Notes under the pieces: model-generated
What the model was told of the DNA's origin: nothing
What the model saw: the letters and a program-made list of their open reading frames with translations, nothing else
The model's database searches: none
Shown: piece after piece, positions 43,907 through 53,258 of the stretch
How positions within the stretch are numbered: position 1 is the first letter of the stretch
Layout of the letters: every line of letters starts with the position of its first letter
Assembly (NCBI GenBank): GCA_964291395.2
Contig: OZ219856.1
Location: 320,001 to 384,000 of the forward strand
Direction: 5' to 3'
DNA length: 64,000 nt
DNA from: Alphaproteobacteria bacterium
Lineage (GTDB): Bacteria; Pseudomonadota; Alphaproteobacteria; UBA2966
Translations under genes and position numbers: made by a program

Positions 43907-44221
43907 CGGGTTTGCTTCCTCGCGTCGGGTGGATGCCGAGCGGCACGATCTGACAAGAAGAACGAAGTGCCGGAACGCAGGATGAGCCGCCCGCAGGCGT
44001 CGAAAAATCATAGGAAGCGGTTTCGAAACCTGTCAACAACGCGCCCGATTCGGGCTCTCAACCCCCAATCGTTCGGTACGGGACGAGAGAACCGGCAACG
44101 ACCCTCGCGGTACTTGGTTTGTCTGCCGCAATCGGACGCCGCCAAGCGTGGGACAGGTTGATTTACCCCTGTCCGGCCGCTATGTCATAGCGGCAAACAA
44201 TAGGGAGAAGGCGGGAAGATC

Positions 44222-44548
44222 ATGACGGCATTCAACGATCGGGAAAAGGCCGCCGAGGCCAAGTTCAGCCGCGACCAGGAGACCGCCTTCAAGATCATGG
44301 CGCGGCGCAACAAGCTGCTCGGGTTGTGGGTGGCCGAGCATCTCGGGATCGATGGCGGCGAGGCGGAGGCCTATGCGCGCGAGGTCGTCAAGGCGGACTT
44401 CGAGCGCCCGGGTGAAGAGGACGTGTTCGAAAAGATTTGGGAGGATCTTCAGAGCAGGAGCATCGATCTCTCCGAGCATCGCGTCCGGCGCCAGATGGCC
44501 GACCTCATGGAAGAGGCGGAGCGCCAGATCGTCGAGGAAGGTACTTAG
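44222..44548 (+). CDS. F1FO-ATPase inhibitor zeta subunit (DUF1476)
   Basis: MTAFNDREKAAEAKF..DQE..FK..ARRNKLLGLW.AE, V.ADFE.PG.EDV. Confidence 0.9.
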   Translation: MTAFNDREKAAEAKFSRDQETAFKIMARRNKLLGLWVAEHLGIDGGEAEAYAREVVKADFERPGEEDVFEKIWEDLQSRSIDLSEHRVRRQMADLMEEAERQIVEEGT

Positions 44549-44623
44549 GGCTTTCCTTTCGTCGCCTCTCCCGCCGTCCGGCGGAGGGAGAGTTTGGTTG
44601 GAGCAGCTCGTGCTCCTTCCCGG

Positions 44624-45919
44624 CTACTCTCCGAACACGCGCTTGAAGATCGTATCCACGTGCTTGGTGTGATACCCGACGTCGAACAGCGCCTCGAGCT
44701 CGCCGTCGCTGAGCGCGTCCGTCACCCGTTTGTCCCTCTTCAGCAACTCGAGGAATCCGGTGCCGCTCTCGACGGCCTTCATCGCGTTGTCCTGAACCGC
44801 GGCGTAGGCGTCCTCGCGGCTGACATCCGCCTGCGTGAGCGCCAGCAGTACGCGCTGCGAATGGATCACCCCGCCGAGCGCCTCGAGGTTGCGCCGCATG
44901 TTCTCCGGATAGACGATCAGCCGGTCGACGACGGAGGTCAGGCGCGCCAGCGCGAAATCCAGCGTGACCGTGGCATCGGGGCCGATCATCCGCTCCACGG
45001 ACGAGTGTGAGATGTCGCGCTCGTGCCACAGCGCCACGTTCTCGAGCGCGGGGGTCACGGCGCCTCGGACCAGGCGGGCGAGGCCGGTCAGGTTCTCGGT
45101 CAGGATGGGGTTCTTCTTGTGCGGCATCGAGGAGGAGCCCTTCTGGCCTTCCGAGAAGAACTCCTGGGCCTCGCGCACCTCGGTCCGCTGCAGATGCCGG
45201 ACCTCCGTCGCCAACCGCTCCACGGAGCTCGCGACGACGCCGAGCGCCGCGAAGAACGCGGCATGGCGGTCGCGCGGGATGATCTGCGTCGACACGGGTT
45301 CCGGCGCCAATCCGAGGTTCTCCGCGACGTAGGCCTCGACCCGCGGGTCGACATTGGCGAACGTGCCCACCGATCCCGAGAGCTTGCACGTCGCCACCTC
45401 GCGCCGCGCCGTCTCCATCCGCTCCCGATTGCGCCGGAACTCGGCGTAAAAGCCCGCGAGCTTCAGGCCGAAGGTGGTCGGTTCGGCATGGATGCCGTGA
45501 CTGCGGCCGATGCACACCGTCTCCCTGTGCTCATGGGCCCGGCGCTCGAGCGCCTCGAGCAATCCATCGATGTCGGCGATGAGAATATCGGCGGCGCGCG
45601 CGAGCTGGACGGAGAGACAGGTGTCCAGCACGTCCGAAGACGTCATCCCCTGGTGCACGAACCGCGAAGGCTCGCCGACATGCTCCGCGACGTTGGTCAG
45701 GAAGGCGATCACGTCGTGGCGTGTCTCCTTCTCCAACTCGTCGATCCGCTCGATTTCGAAGGCCCCGCGCTTCCGGACCTCCCGGGCCGCCTCCCGCGGG
45801 ATGACGCCGAGGTCGGCCTGGGCCTCGCAGGCCAGGATTTCGATGTCGAGCCAGATCCGGAACCGGGCCTCGGGCTCCCAGATCGCGGCCATCTCCGGGC
45901 GGGAGTAGCGGGGGATCAT
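44624..45919 (-). CDS. purB: Adenylosuccinate lyase
   Basis: MIPRYSR, HDVIAF, GRSHGIHAEP, GSSSMPHKKNP, WHERDISHSS. Confidence 0.97.
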   Translation of the reverse strand: MIPRYSRPEMAAIWEPEARFRIWLDIEILACEAQADLGVIPREAAREVRKRGAFEIERIDELEKETRHDVIAFLTNVAEHVGEPSRFVHQGMTSSDVLDTCLSVQLARAADILIADIDGLLEALERRAHEHRETVCIGRSHGIHAEPTTFGLKLAGFYAEFRRNRERMETARREVATCKLSGSVGTFANVDPRVEAYVAENLGLAPEPVSTQIIPRDRHAAFFAALGVVASSVERLATEVRHLQRTEVREAQEFFSEGQKGSSSMPHKKNPILTENLTGLARLVRGAVTPALENVALWHERDISHSSVERMIGPDATVTLDFALARLTSVVDRLIVYPENMRRNLEALGGVIHSQRVLLALTQADVSREDAYAAVQDNAMKAVESGTGFLELLKRDKRVTDALSDGELEALFDVGYHTKHVDTIFKRVFGE

Positions 45920-45943
45920 CGGGCGAAACGTGTCCTTCCTGTT

Positions 45944-46165
45944 CTAGTTAGGCCTTCCGGGTGACACTGGCAAGGAATCCGTGGTCGGTCGGCGGGGAAA
46001 CCTGGTGATGACGCCGGCCCCTACCGAGTACGGGAACCTCGGGGCGTCTCCGGCGTTTTCAGGCGTCACCAGTTTCTGAGAGGTGTTCCGGCCGGTCGTG
46101 ATGTCGGGGTTGTGGCGGCCCGTCTTGATACGCGCCTGCATCGCGGGCGTAAGCACGTATCCCGG
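45944..46165 (-). pseudogene. Degenerate 3' fragment of an SDR paralog
   Basis: PGYVLTPAMQARI...AGDA.RF.YS..A.VIT, then (frameshifted) PTDHGFLA, parallels PGYVHTPMMQGRF...AEAFWFLCS..A.AITGVNLPVDCGVL of the adjacent SDR. Confidence 0.55.
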
Positions 46166-46170
46166 CGCAG

Positions 46171-46944
46171 CTAACGTGGAAAGGCGTTGTAGGAATTCGC
46201 GACGAGGACGCCGCAGTCGACCGGCAGATTGACGCCGGTGATCGCCTTGGCCTTGTCCGAGCACAGGAACCAGAACGCCTCTGCCACGTCCAGCATCTCG
46301 GTCATGGCGCCGAGCGCGGAATCCCGCTCCATTCTTTCCTTGTTGCGGATTCCCGCGTCGAAGCGGCCTTGCATCATGGGCGTGTGCACGTAGCCCGGCG
46401 AGACGGAATTCACCCGCACGTTGTGCGGCCCGCACTCGGCCGCCAGAATCTCCGTGAGGGAAATCACGGCGGTCTTGGCGGGGGAATACGCGGTCACCAT
46501 GTAGGGCGCGATGCCGAACATGGAGGCGACGTTGCCGATGACGCCGCGTTTCCGCTCCTTCATGCGAGGTACGATGGCCCGGCAACAGAGATAGACGCCG
46601 CGGTAGTCGACGTCCCAGACGCGGTCGTGCTCCGCCATCGGCAGCTCTTCGATGGCGAGGCCATCCTGCATGATACCGGCGTTGTTGACGAACACGTCGA
46701 TCGGGCCGTGGTCCCGCTCGACCTGCTCGACGAAGCCGTTGACCGAGTCTTCGTCGGTCACGTCGAGCGGGTAGTAGGCGGCGCTGCCGCCGTCCGCTTC
46801 GATCGAGGCCACGGTCTCGGCGCCGGCGTCGTCCAGCACGTCGCCGATGACGACTTTGTCGCCGCCCTTGGAGAACCGCCGGGCCGTGGTCTCGCCGATC
46901 CCGCGCGCCGCGCCGGTGATGACCGTGAGACGTCGTTCGCTCAT
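46171..46944 (-). CDS. Short-chain dehydrogenase/reductase
   Basis: TGAARGIG, NNAG, YSPAK; start overlaps the stop of the TauD-family gene. Confidence 0.9.
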   Translation of the reverse strand: MSERRLTVITGAARGIGETTARRFSKGGDKVVIGDVLDDAGAETVASIEADGGSAAYYPLDVTDEDSVNGFVEQVERDHGPIDVFVNNAGIMQDGLAIEELPMAEHDRVWDVDYRGVYLCCRAIVPRMKERKRGVIGNVASMFGIAPYMVTAYSPAKTAVISLTEILAAECGPHNVRVNSVSPGYVHTPMMQGRFDAGIRNKERMERDSALGAMTEMLDVAEAFWFLCSDKAKAITGVNLPVDCGVLVANSYNAFPR

Positions 46945-47831
46945 GCCGCCTTGTCGGCCTCGTCGGACAACGGCGCCAGATAGGGGCGGTCGCCTTTCAG
47001 CGTGGTCCGGTGCATGCGGCGGCGATGCCGCTCTTCGTCGAAGGGCAGAACGCGGTGCATGGAGGAGCGGTTGTCCCAGAAGATCACGTCGCCGGACCGC
47101 CACTCGTGGGTGTAGACGAACCGCGATTCCGTCGCGAAGGAGACGATCTCCTCGATGATCTCCTGGCTTTCCTCGAATTCCATGCCCTCGAAGTGGGAGA
47201 CCACCTGGTGGGCGAGGTAGAGCGCCCGGCGGCCGCTGACGGGATGCGTACGCAACGCCGGGTGCGCCACGGGCGGGACCTGGCGCCTCTGCTCCTCGGT
47301 CAGGGGCTCGCGGTGAGGCGTGTAATTGGTCCAGTAGTAGTTGTAGTCGTGGACCGCCCGTGCCCCCGCGAGGAACTCCTTCCTTTCGTCCGGCAGCGCC
47401 TCGTAGGCCGTGTACATGCTGGCGAACTGGGTCTGTCCCCCTTCGGGCGGGCATTCCAGGCAATGGAACAGGGAGCCGAGCGAGGGGCGCTCGCGATATG
47501 AATAATCGGAGTGCCAATGCCTGGCTCCGCCGCGCGCGCCGATCTCGCGCCCGTTCTCCACGACATTCGACACGATGAAGATTTCCGGATGTCCCGGCAT
47601 GTTGTACTGATCCGCGACGTGCGGCTCGAGCTCTCCGAAATATCGGCTGAACGCGATGTGCCGCTCGGGCGTAAGATCCTGATCGCGGAACAGGAGGATC
47701 GAGTTGTGGCTCAGCACCTCGTTGAGGCGGGCTATGGTGTCGGGCGGCGCGGGCCGCGACATGTCGATGCCATGGACTTCCATGCCGATGGCCGGCGACA
47801 GTGGGGTGAAGGTCGGTGAATCGTCGGTCAT
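46941..47831 (-). CDS. TauD/TfdA family Fe(II)/2OG dioxygenase
   Basis: WHSDYS (HxD), GGQTQF, WDNRSSMHR, RRMHRTT. Confidence 0.92.
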   Translation of the reverse strand: MTDDSPTFTPLSPAIGMEVHGIDMSRPAPPDTIARLNEVLSHNSILLFRDQDLTPERHIAFSRYFGELEPHVADQYNMPGHPEIFIVSNVVENGREIGARGGARHWHSDYSYRERPSLGSLFHCLECPPEGGQTQFASMYTAYEALPDERKEFLAGARAVHDYNYYWTNYTPHREPLTEEQRRQVPPVAHPALRTHPVSGRRALYLAHQVVSHFEGMEFEESQEIIEEIVSFATESRFVYTHEWRSGDVIFWDNRSSMHRVLPFDEERHRRRMHRTTLKGDRPYLAPLSDEADKAA

Positions 47832-47917
47832 GGGTCGCCGCACCCGTGGCGGTTCGTGGGAATCGCCCCTTCGCAGTAGGTCAGCGACGGAACCCTGTCA
47901 AGTCGCGGGAGACCGGA

Positions 47918-48535
47918 ATGGCCAAGCTTCGTCCCTCCATGTCGGTCGAGGAATTCGACGACGGCTATTTCTATGCTGCGGACCTCAAGGCCTTCGCCCG
48001 CCGACTCGGCATCGCCGTCGGCGGGCGGCGCAAGCTCGAGCTCGAGACGCTCATCCGCTGCTTTCTTCGAACGGGAACTGTTCCGACCGGCAGACCGGTA
48101 CTTGGTCGGAGATCCGGCGAAGAGCGCGACAGGCTCGCGGCCGAAACGATCGTCCGGGCCTATGTCGACGACAAGAGGACCAAAGCCTTCCTGCGCGGCC
48201 TCGTCCATGCGCGCGCGCCGTCGCTCAAGGACAAGTCGGGGCAGTGGTACTGGCTCAACGACTGGCGCCGCACGCAGCTTCAGGCGGGCAATCGCATAAC
48301 CTACGCGGATCTCGGCAACCGATTGCTGGAGCTCATGCGCAGCGAGAAACGCCTGCCCCGGATCCCTGCCGCCCGGTTCAACAATTTCATCACGGATTTC
48401 AGGGCGGACCCCGCGAACGAGGGCAAAAGCCGCGCCGATGCCCTGGCCGCCTGGGAGCACGTCAAGTCCGTTCCCGGCCCGAAAACCTACGAGGCCTACG
48501 CGACCCTCAAGCCCAGCCGCCGGCGAAAGGCATGA
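47918..48535 (+). CDS. Hypothetical protein with SAP-like N-terminal domain (DUF6434-type)
   Basis: F...YFY..DLKAFARRLGI..GG.K.EL...I..FL.TG SAP-like helix-loop-helix; FNNFI.DF, W..VK..PG.KTY. Confidence 0.6.
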   Translation: MAKLRPSMSVEEFDDGYFYAADLKAFARRLGIAVGGRRKLELETLIRCFLRTGTVPTGRPVLGRRSGEERDRLAAETIVRAYVDDKRTKAFLRGLVHARAPSLKDKSGQWYWLNDWRRTQLQAGNRITYADLGNRLLELMRSEKRLPRIPAARFNNFITDFRADPANEGKSRADALAAWEHVKSVPGPKTYEAYATLKPSRRRKA

Positions 48536-49238
48536 CGTGGCCGGTGATGAAATCGCTTTTGTGCGAGGCGAAAAACGCCACCAGCGCGGCCACCTCTTCA
48601 GGCTTGCCGAGGCGCTTCAGCGGGATGTTCCGCGTCATCTTGGCCAGGGCTTCCGGATCGCCGACCAGTTCGGGCGGGAAATAGGTCGGGCTCTCGACAT
48701 AGTTGGGCGCGATCGCGTTGACCTGGATGTTGTCTCGGCCGAGTTCCTGAGCGAGCGACACGGTGAGCGCATTGGTGGCGCCGCGCGCCGTCACGTACAT
48801 CGAGTAATTCGGCAGTCCCCGCAACGGCGTCGCCGAGGTGATGAACAGGATCTTGCCCCGCTTCCGCTCCTTCATCTGCGGTACGACGGCACTGGCCATC
48901 TCGAACGGAAAGACCACCATTTCGTCGAGCGCCGAACGCATGTCGTCCGGGCTCGCCGTCTCGACGGGCGCGCGGACCGCGGCGCCGGCATCGTTGCAGA
49001 TGACCACGTCGACCCGGCCCTCGGTCTCGGTCGCGGCCGCGACGATCTGGGCCGGCGTCTGAGCCCGGATGACGGTGAGCTTTGGATTGGCCGCGGCGAA
49101 TCTTTCCGCCGTTGCGGCATCCGCGAAGCTCTTGTCGTGACAGACCACCGTTGCCTCCTGGGCGGCGAGCTCGGCCGCGACGGGCCGGCCCACGAAATGT
49201 TCCACGTTGGTGATCAGGACGATGCGGTCTTTGAGCAT
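48507..49238 (-). CDS. Halohydrin dehalogenase (SDR-like, HheA-like)
   Basis: T-x4-F-x-G (TNVEHFVG) replaces the Gly-rich motif; S-x12-Y-x3-R triad (S-ATPLRGLPNYSM-Y-VTA-R); PNYVESPTYFP. Confidence 0.8.
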   Translation of the reverse strand: MLKDRIVLITNVEHFVGRPVAAELAAQEATVVCHDKSFADAATAERFAAANPKLTVIRAQTPAQIVAAATETEGRVDVVICNDAGAAVRAPVETASPDDMRSALDEMVVFPFEMASAVVPQMKERKRGKILFITSATPLRGLPNYSMYVTARGATNALTVSLAQELGRDNIQVNAIAPNYVESPTYFPPELVGDPEALAKMTRNIPLKRLGKPEEVAALVAFFASHKSDFITGHVMPFAGGWA

Positions 49239-49253
49239 CCAAGCTCCCATCCT

Positions 49254-49934
49254 CTACAGGAGTCCCAGCTCGCGGAAGCTGGCGTGGCCCCTCTTGGCGA
49301 CGATGACGTGGTCATGCACCGCGATGCCGAGCTTGTCGGCCGCGTCCGCCACGTGTCGGGTGATCTCGATGTCGGCCTTCGACGGCGTGGGATCGCCGCT
49401 CGGGTGATTGTGGACCAGGATCACCGCCGAGGCCGCGACCTCGAGCGCCCGCTTCACCACTTCACGGGCGTAGACGGGCGTATGGTCGACCGTGCCGCGC
49501 CCTTGGACCTCGTCCGCGATCAGCCCGTTCTTGCGGTCGAGGTAAAGAACGCGGAACTGTTCCGTCGTCTCGAACGCCATGACGGTCCGGCAGTAATCGA
49601 CCAGCGTGTCCCAGGAACCGATGGTCGCGCGGTCTCCGACCGGCCCCCGTGTCAGGCGTTGGGCCGAAGCCTGGACCGTCTTCAGGGCGACCACCGCGGC
49701 CTCGCCGATTCCCTCGACTTCCAAGAGGCGCGCGGGCTCCGCGGAGATCACCTCGGCGAAGCTGCCGAAGGTGTCGATCAGTCGTTTCGCGACGGGCTTC
49801 ACGTCCCGCCGCGGGATGGCCAGGAACAAGAGGAGTTCCAGAAGCTCGTAGTCTGGAAGGGCGTCCGCGCCCGCGTCCATGAACCGCGCGCGCAGGCGCT
49901 GGCGGTGTTCGTGATAGTGCGGCTTATCCGCCAC
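49254..49934 (-). CDS. radC: RadC/JAB-domain protein
   Basis: [40 protein letters not shown]. Confidence 0.93.
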   Translation of the reverse strand: MADKPHYHEHRQRLRARFMDAGADALPDYELLELLLFLAIPRRDVKPVAKRLIDTFGSFAEVISAEPARLLEVEGIGEAAVVALKTVQASAQRLTRGPVGDRATIGSWDTLVDYCRTVMAFETTEQFRVLYLDRKNGLIADEVQGRGTVDHTPVYAREVVKRALEVAASAVILVHNHPSGDPTPSKADIEITRHVADAADKLGIAVHDHVIVAKRGHASFRELGLL

Positions 49935-50763
49935 CGTCCGTGTCGTAAGGCGGGTGGTGGAAGCCCTTGGGCGATTGCGTGAAGATTTCGTACCCGGTCT
50001 CCGTCACGCCGATGGTGTGCTCGAACTGGGCCGACAGCGAGCGGTCCTTGGTCACCGCCGTCCAGCCGTCGGAGAGCAGTTTCACCTGCCATTTGCCGAG
50101 GTTGATCATCGGCTCGACGGTGAAGAACATGCCGGCCTTCAGCTCGACGCCCGTGCGGGGTTCGCCGAAATGCAGGATGTTCGGCGAATCGTGGAAGACC
50201 CGGCCGATGCCGTGGCCGCAGAAATCCCGCACCACCGAGCACCGGTGCGACTCCGCATGGGTCTGGATGGCGTGACCGATGTCCCCCGTGGTCGCTCCGG
50301 GGCGGACGGCCCCGATGCCGAGCATCATGGAGTCGTAGGTGACGTCGCACAGGCGCTGGGCCTTCCGGCCGACCTTGCCGACCGTGAACATGCGGCTCGA
50401 GTCCCCATGCCAGCCGTCGACGATCACGGTCACGTCGAGGTTCATGATGTCGCCGTCCTTGAGGAGGCGCTCGCCGGGGATGCCGTGACAGACGACGTGG
50501 TTGAGCGACGTGCAGATCGACTTTGGGAACCCGCGGTAGTGGAGCGGTGCCGGCACGGCACCGTGGTCGAGCACGAATTCGCCGCACAGCCGGTCGAGTT
50601 TCCCGGTGGTGATCCCGGGAACCACGAACGGCGTGATGTAGTCGAGGGTCTCCGCTGCCAGGCGGCCGGCCTTGCGCATGCCCTCGAACGCCTCGGGGCC
50701 GTGACGCTTCACTTCGGCCGTCCGGCGCGGGAGTACTTGCGTCTGGGTGGCGGTGCCGGTCAT
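49924..50763 (-). CDS. map: Methionine aminopeptidase type I
   Basis: CHGIP, DVT...[27 protein letters not shown]. Confidence 0.96.
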   Translation of the reverse strand: MTGTATQTQVLPRRTAEVKRHGPEAFEGMRKAGRLAAETLDYITPFVVPGITTGKLDRLCGEFVLDHGAVPAPLHYRGFPKSICTSLNHVVCHGIPGERLLKDGDIMNLDVTVIVDGWHGDSSRMFTVGKVGRKAQRLCDVTYDSMMLGIGAVRPGATTGDIGHAIQTHAESHRCSVVRDFCGHGIGRVFHDSPNILHFGEPRTGVELKAGMFFTVEPMINLGKWQVKLLSDGWTAVTKDRSLSAQFEHTIGVTETGYEIFTQSPKGFHHPPYDTDGGG

Positions 50764-50784
50764 GAAACCTGCGGTTCTCCCGGG

Positions 50785-51486
50785 CTATGGCCGCGCGAGC
50801 GGCACGGCGTTCTCCACGGTGATCGCCTCCGGCGTGAGTTTACAGGAATAGGCGACGGCCTCAACGCCGCTCTCCAGCGCCCGGGTCAGCCCCTCGTCGT
50901 AGTTGGGATCGATGTCGGCGGCGATCGAGAGATGGTCGCAATCGTCCCGCTGGATCAGGTACACCATGACCGCGCGGTGGCCCTGGGCCACCATGTCGGT
51001 CATCTCCACCAGGTGCTTGGCGCCCCGGGCCGTGACCGAATCGGGAAACTCGGCGGTTCCGGGCTCGCGGCTCAAGTGAACGTTCTTGACCTCGACGTAG
51101 CAGGCGGGCCCGTTCCCTTCGAGAAGGATGTCGATGCGCGAGTTCCTGCCGTACTTGACCTCGCGCCGCCGCGACCCGTAGCCCCGCAGTTCGGTGATGG
51201 TTCCCGCTTCGATGGCCTCGGCGACGAGGCCGTTCGGGTGTGCCGTGTTGATCCCGACGAGCGCCCGGCCGTCGTGCACCATCTCCCAGGTGTAGCGGAG
51301 CTTGCGTTCCGGGTTGGCGGCCGGCGACAGCCATACCTCGAGACCCGGATCCGTGAGGCCCAGCATCGAGCCGGGATTCGCGCAATGGGCCGTGACCACG
51401 TCGCCCGATTCGAGCTCCACGTCGGTCAGGAACCGCTTGTAGCGCTTGATCAGGGTGCCCTTGACGAGGGGATTGGGAAACCGCAT
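50785..51486 (-). CDS. sfsA: DNA/RNA nuclease SfsA
   Basis: RYKRFL.DV, AHCANPGSM, SRIDILL, EVKNV, FPDSVT.RG.KHL. Confidence 0.93.
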   Translation of the reverse strand: MRFPNPLVKGTLIKRYKRFLTDVELESGDVVTAHCANPGSMLGLTDPGLEVWLSPAANPERKLRYTWEMVHDGRALVGINTAHPNGLVAEAIEAGTITELRGYGSRRREVKYGRNSRIDILLEGNGPACYVEVKNVHLSREPGTAEFPDSVTARGAKHLVEMTDMVAQGHRAVMVYLIQRDDCDHLSIAADIDPNYDEGLTRALESGVEAVAYSCKLTPEAITVENAVPLARP

Positions 51487-51608
51487 GGCTCAAGAGTAGT
51501 GGTGCCGGTGCCGGACTTCAAACGGCTCCGCGGCCAAGGCCCTCTTGCACGGGCGGCGCCGAGGGTTGAGGATTGCTCCTCGCGTCGTGTGATCGGGGAA
51601 AGCGCGCC

Positions 51609-52370
51609 GTGGCCGAGACCGAAACCGGGACAACCGCCTGCGCCGTCATTATCGGCAACGAGATTCTTTCGGGTCGCGTGCAGGACCGGAACCTCGCCTA
51701 TATCGCCGAGCGGTTGAACGACTTCGGAGTCCGGTTGCGCGAGGCCCGGGTCGTCCCGGATGATCCGGACGCCATCATCGCCGCCATCAACGAATGCCGG
51801 CGGAAATTCGATTACGTGCTCACGACCGGCGGCATCGGGCCGACGCATGACGACATCACGGCCGAGTGCGTGGCTAGGGCGTTCGATGTCCCGCTCGAGG
51901 TCAACGAAGAGGCAGCGGAGGCCATGCAGGCCCGTGCCGGCGGCAAGGCCGACGAGGCGCGTCTCCGCATGGCGCGCGTCCCCGTGGGCGGCAAGCTGAT
52001 CAAGAATGCCGTCTCCGCAGCCCCCGGCTTCCAGATGGAGAACGTCTTCGTCATGGCGGGCGTGCCTTCGGTGGCCCACGCCATGGTCGATGCGCTGGGA
52101 CCGCGGATCGCTGGCGGCGCGCCCGTGCACTCGCGGGGGATCGTGGCGCATTTGTCCGAGGGGGTCGTCGCGGCGCCGCTCGCCGGCATCCAGAAGCGGT
52201 TTCCGGACACCGATATCGGCAGCTACCCGTTCTACCGCTCGGGCCGCTTCGGCACCACGCTGGTGGTTCGCTCGACCGACGCCGGCCGCATCGATGCTGC
52301 CGTCGATGAGATCAAGGCGATGATCCGCCGTCTGGGTGCTGAGCCCGAAGAGGAGCTGGAGGCGGTCTGA
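51609..52370 (+). CDS. Molybdopterin-binding/CinA-like protein
   Basis: IIGNEILSGR.QD.N, TTGGIGPTHDDIT, MAGVP. Confidence 0.88.
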   Translation: MAETETGTTACAVIIGNEILSGRVQDRNLAYIAERLNDFGVRLREARVVPDDPDAIIAAINECRRKFDYVLTTGGIGPTHDDITAECVARAFDVPLEVNEEAAEAMQARAGGKADEARLRMARVPVGGKLIKNAVSAAPGFQMENVFVMAGVPSVAHAMVDALGPRIAGGAPVHSRGIVAHLSEGVVAAPLAGIQKRFPDTDIGSYPFYRSGRFGTTLVVRSTDAGRIDAAVDEIKAMIRRLGAEPEEELEAV

Positions 52371-52915
52371 TGGGCAGTGCGGCCATCACGTTGCGCCGCG
52401 CCAGTCCCGCCGATGCCTCGGCGATCGCCCACGTTTACGTCAGCTCCTGGCGCACGACCTACAAGGGCCTCATTCCGAGACAGGTGCTCGCGGCCCTCGA
52501 CGAGCTCAAGCAGACGGGCTATTGGTGGAACGCGCTCTGCGAGTCGAGGCGGGGCTGCGGCGCCGTCGTGGCCGAGGGCGGATCCCGTGTCATAGGCTTC
52601 TCCGCCTTCGGGCCGGCGCGGGAGGAAGGGTTTTCACGGCGCGGCGAGATTTACACGCTCTACCTGCTTGATGCCTACCAGCGGTGCGGCCTCGGCCGGC
52701 GCCTGCTGTCGGCGAGCGCCGACGACATGGTCCAGGCGGGCTTCACGTCGATGTGTGTCTGGGTGCTGGCCCGCAACCCGGCGCGCGAATTCTATGAGCA
52801 CCTGGGCGGGGTAGAGCTGTCGTCGCGCGATATCGGCCTCGGCGGCCGGCAGCTCGAAGAGATCTGTTACCTCTGGCCGGACCTTCGCCGTCTTGAGGCG
52901 CTGGAGGAGCATTGA
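52370..52915 (+). CDS. GNAT family N-acetyltransferase
   Basis: SWRTTY.GLI, EIYTLYL...YQRCGLGRRL, WVL..N.AR.FYE.LGG. Confidence 0.88.
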   Translation: MGSAAITLRRASPADASAIAHVYVSSWRTTYKGLIPRQVLAALDELKQTGYWWNALCESRRGCGAVVAEGGSRVIGFSAFGPAREEGFSRRGEIYTLYLLDAYQRCGLGRRLLSASADDMVQAGFTSMCVWVLARNPAREFYEHLGGVELSSRDIGLGGRQLEEICYLWPDLRRLEALEEH

Positions 52916-53024
52916 GCGGTTTCTCCCAGCCATCGTTGCCCTGGAGACATTTCTCGATTGCTCTGAGCCGTTCCGGAGCGGAGATTCCGCGCCGGCAAGT
53001 AGAAGACGCAGATCGGGACCGGTT

Positions 53025-53110
53025 GCGGGCGTGGCGGAATGGTAGACGCAACGGACTTAAAATCCGTAGGGCGCAAGCCCGTGCTGGTTCGAGTCCAGCC
53101 GCCCGCACCA
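53025..53110 (+). tRNA. tRNA-Leu (TAA)
   Basis: GCGGGCGTGGCGGAATGGTAGACGCA-ACGGA-CTTAAAA-TCCGT, long variable arm, GGTTCGAGTCC T-arm, CCA end. Confidence 0.95.
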
Positions 53111-53115
53111 ATTTT

Positions 53116-53258
53116 ATGGGAATTATATACCAAAGTTGCCAGACTCCGGCTAACCGCCCGTCTCCCCTAGCGTTTCTCACCTTTTGATATATCGTATCAA
53201 AATTGACTCCCGCGGAGCTATGCCCTGAGGGCTGACAACTTTGGTATATAATTCCCAT
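53116..53258. repeat. AT-rich element bounded by a perfect 23-bp inverted repeat (MITE or invertible segment)
   Basis: ATGGGAATTATATACCAAAGTTG (53116-53138) and CAACTTTGGTATATAATTCCCAT (53236-53258); TTTA on both sides of 53117-53257; internal palindrome TTTTGATA-N5-TATCAAAA. Confidence 0.8.

Noticed and set aside
33740-44055. Short inverted similarity (CGAATCG.. / ..CGATTCG) at the edges of the purC-zeta block
   Set aside because: Too short and imperfect to call element ends
45996-46076. Imperfect inverted repeat upstream of purB suggesting a purine-related riboswitch
   Set aside because: No recognisable ZMP/ZTP or purine aptamer motifs; region is better explained as a decayed SDR fragment
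49254-49934. RadC as a mobile-element or anti-defence marker
   Set aside because: Full-length chromosomal type in the usual map-radC context
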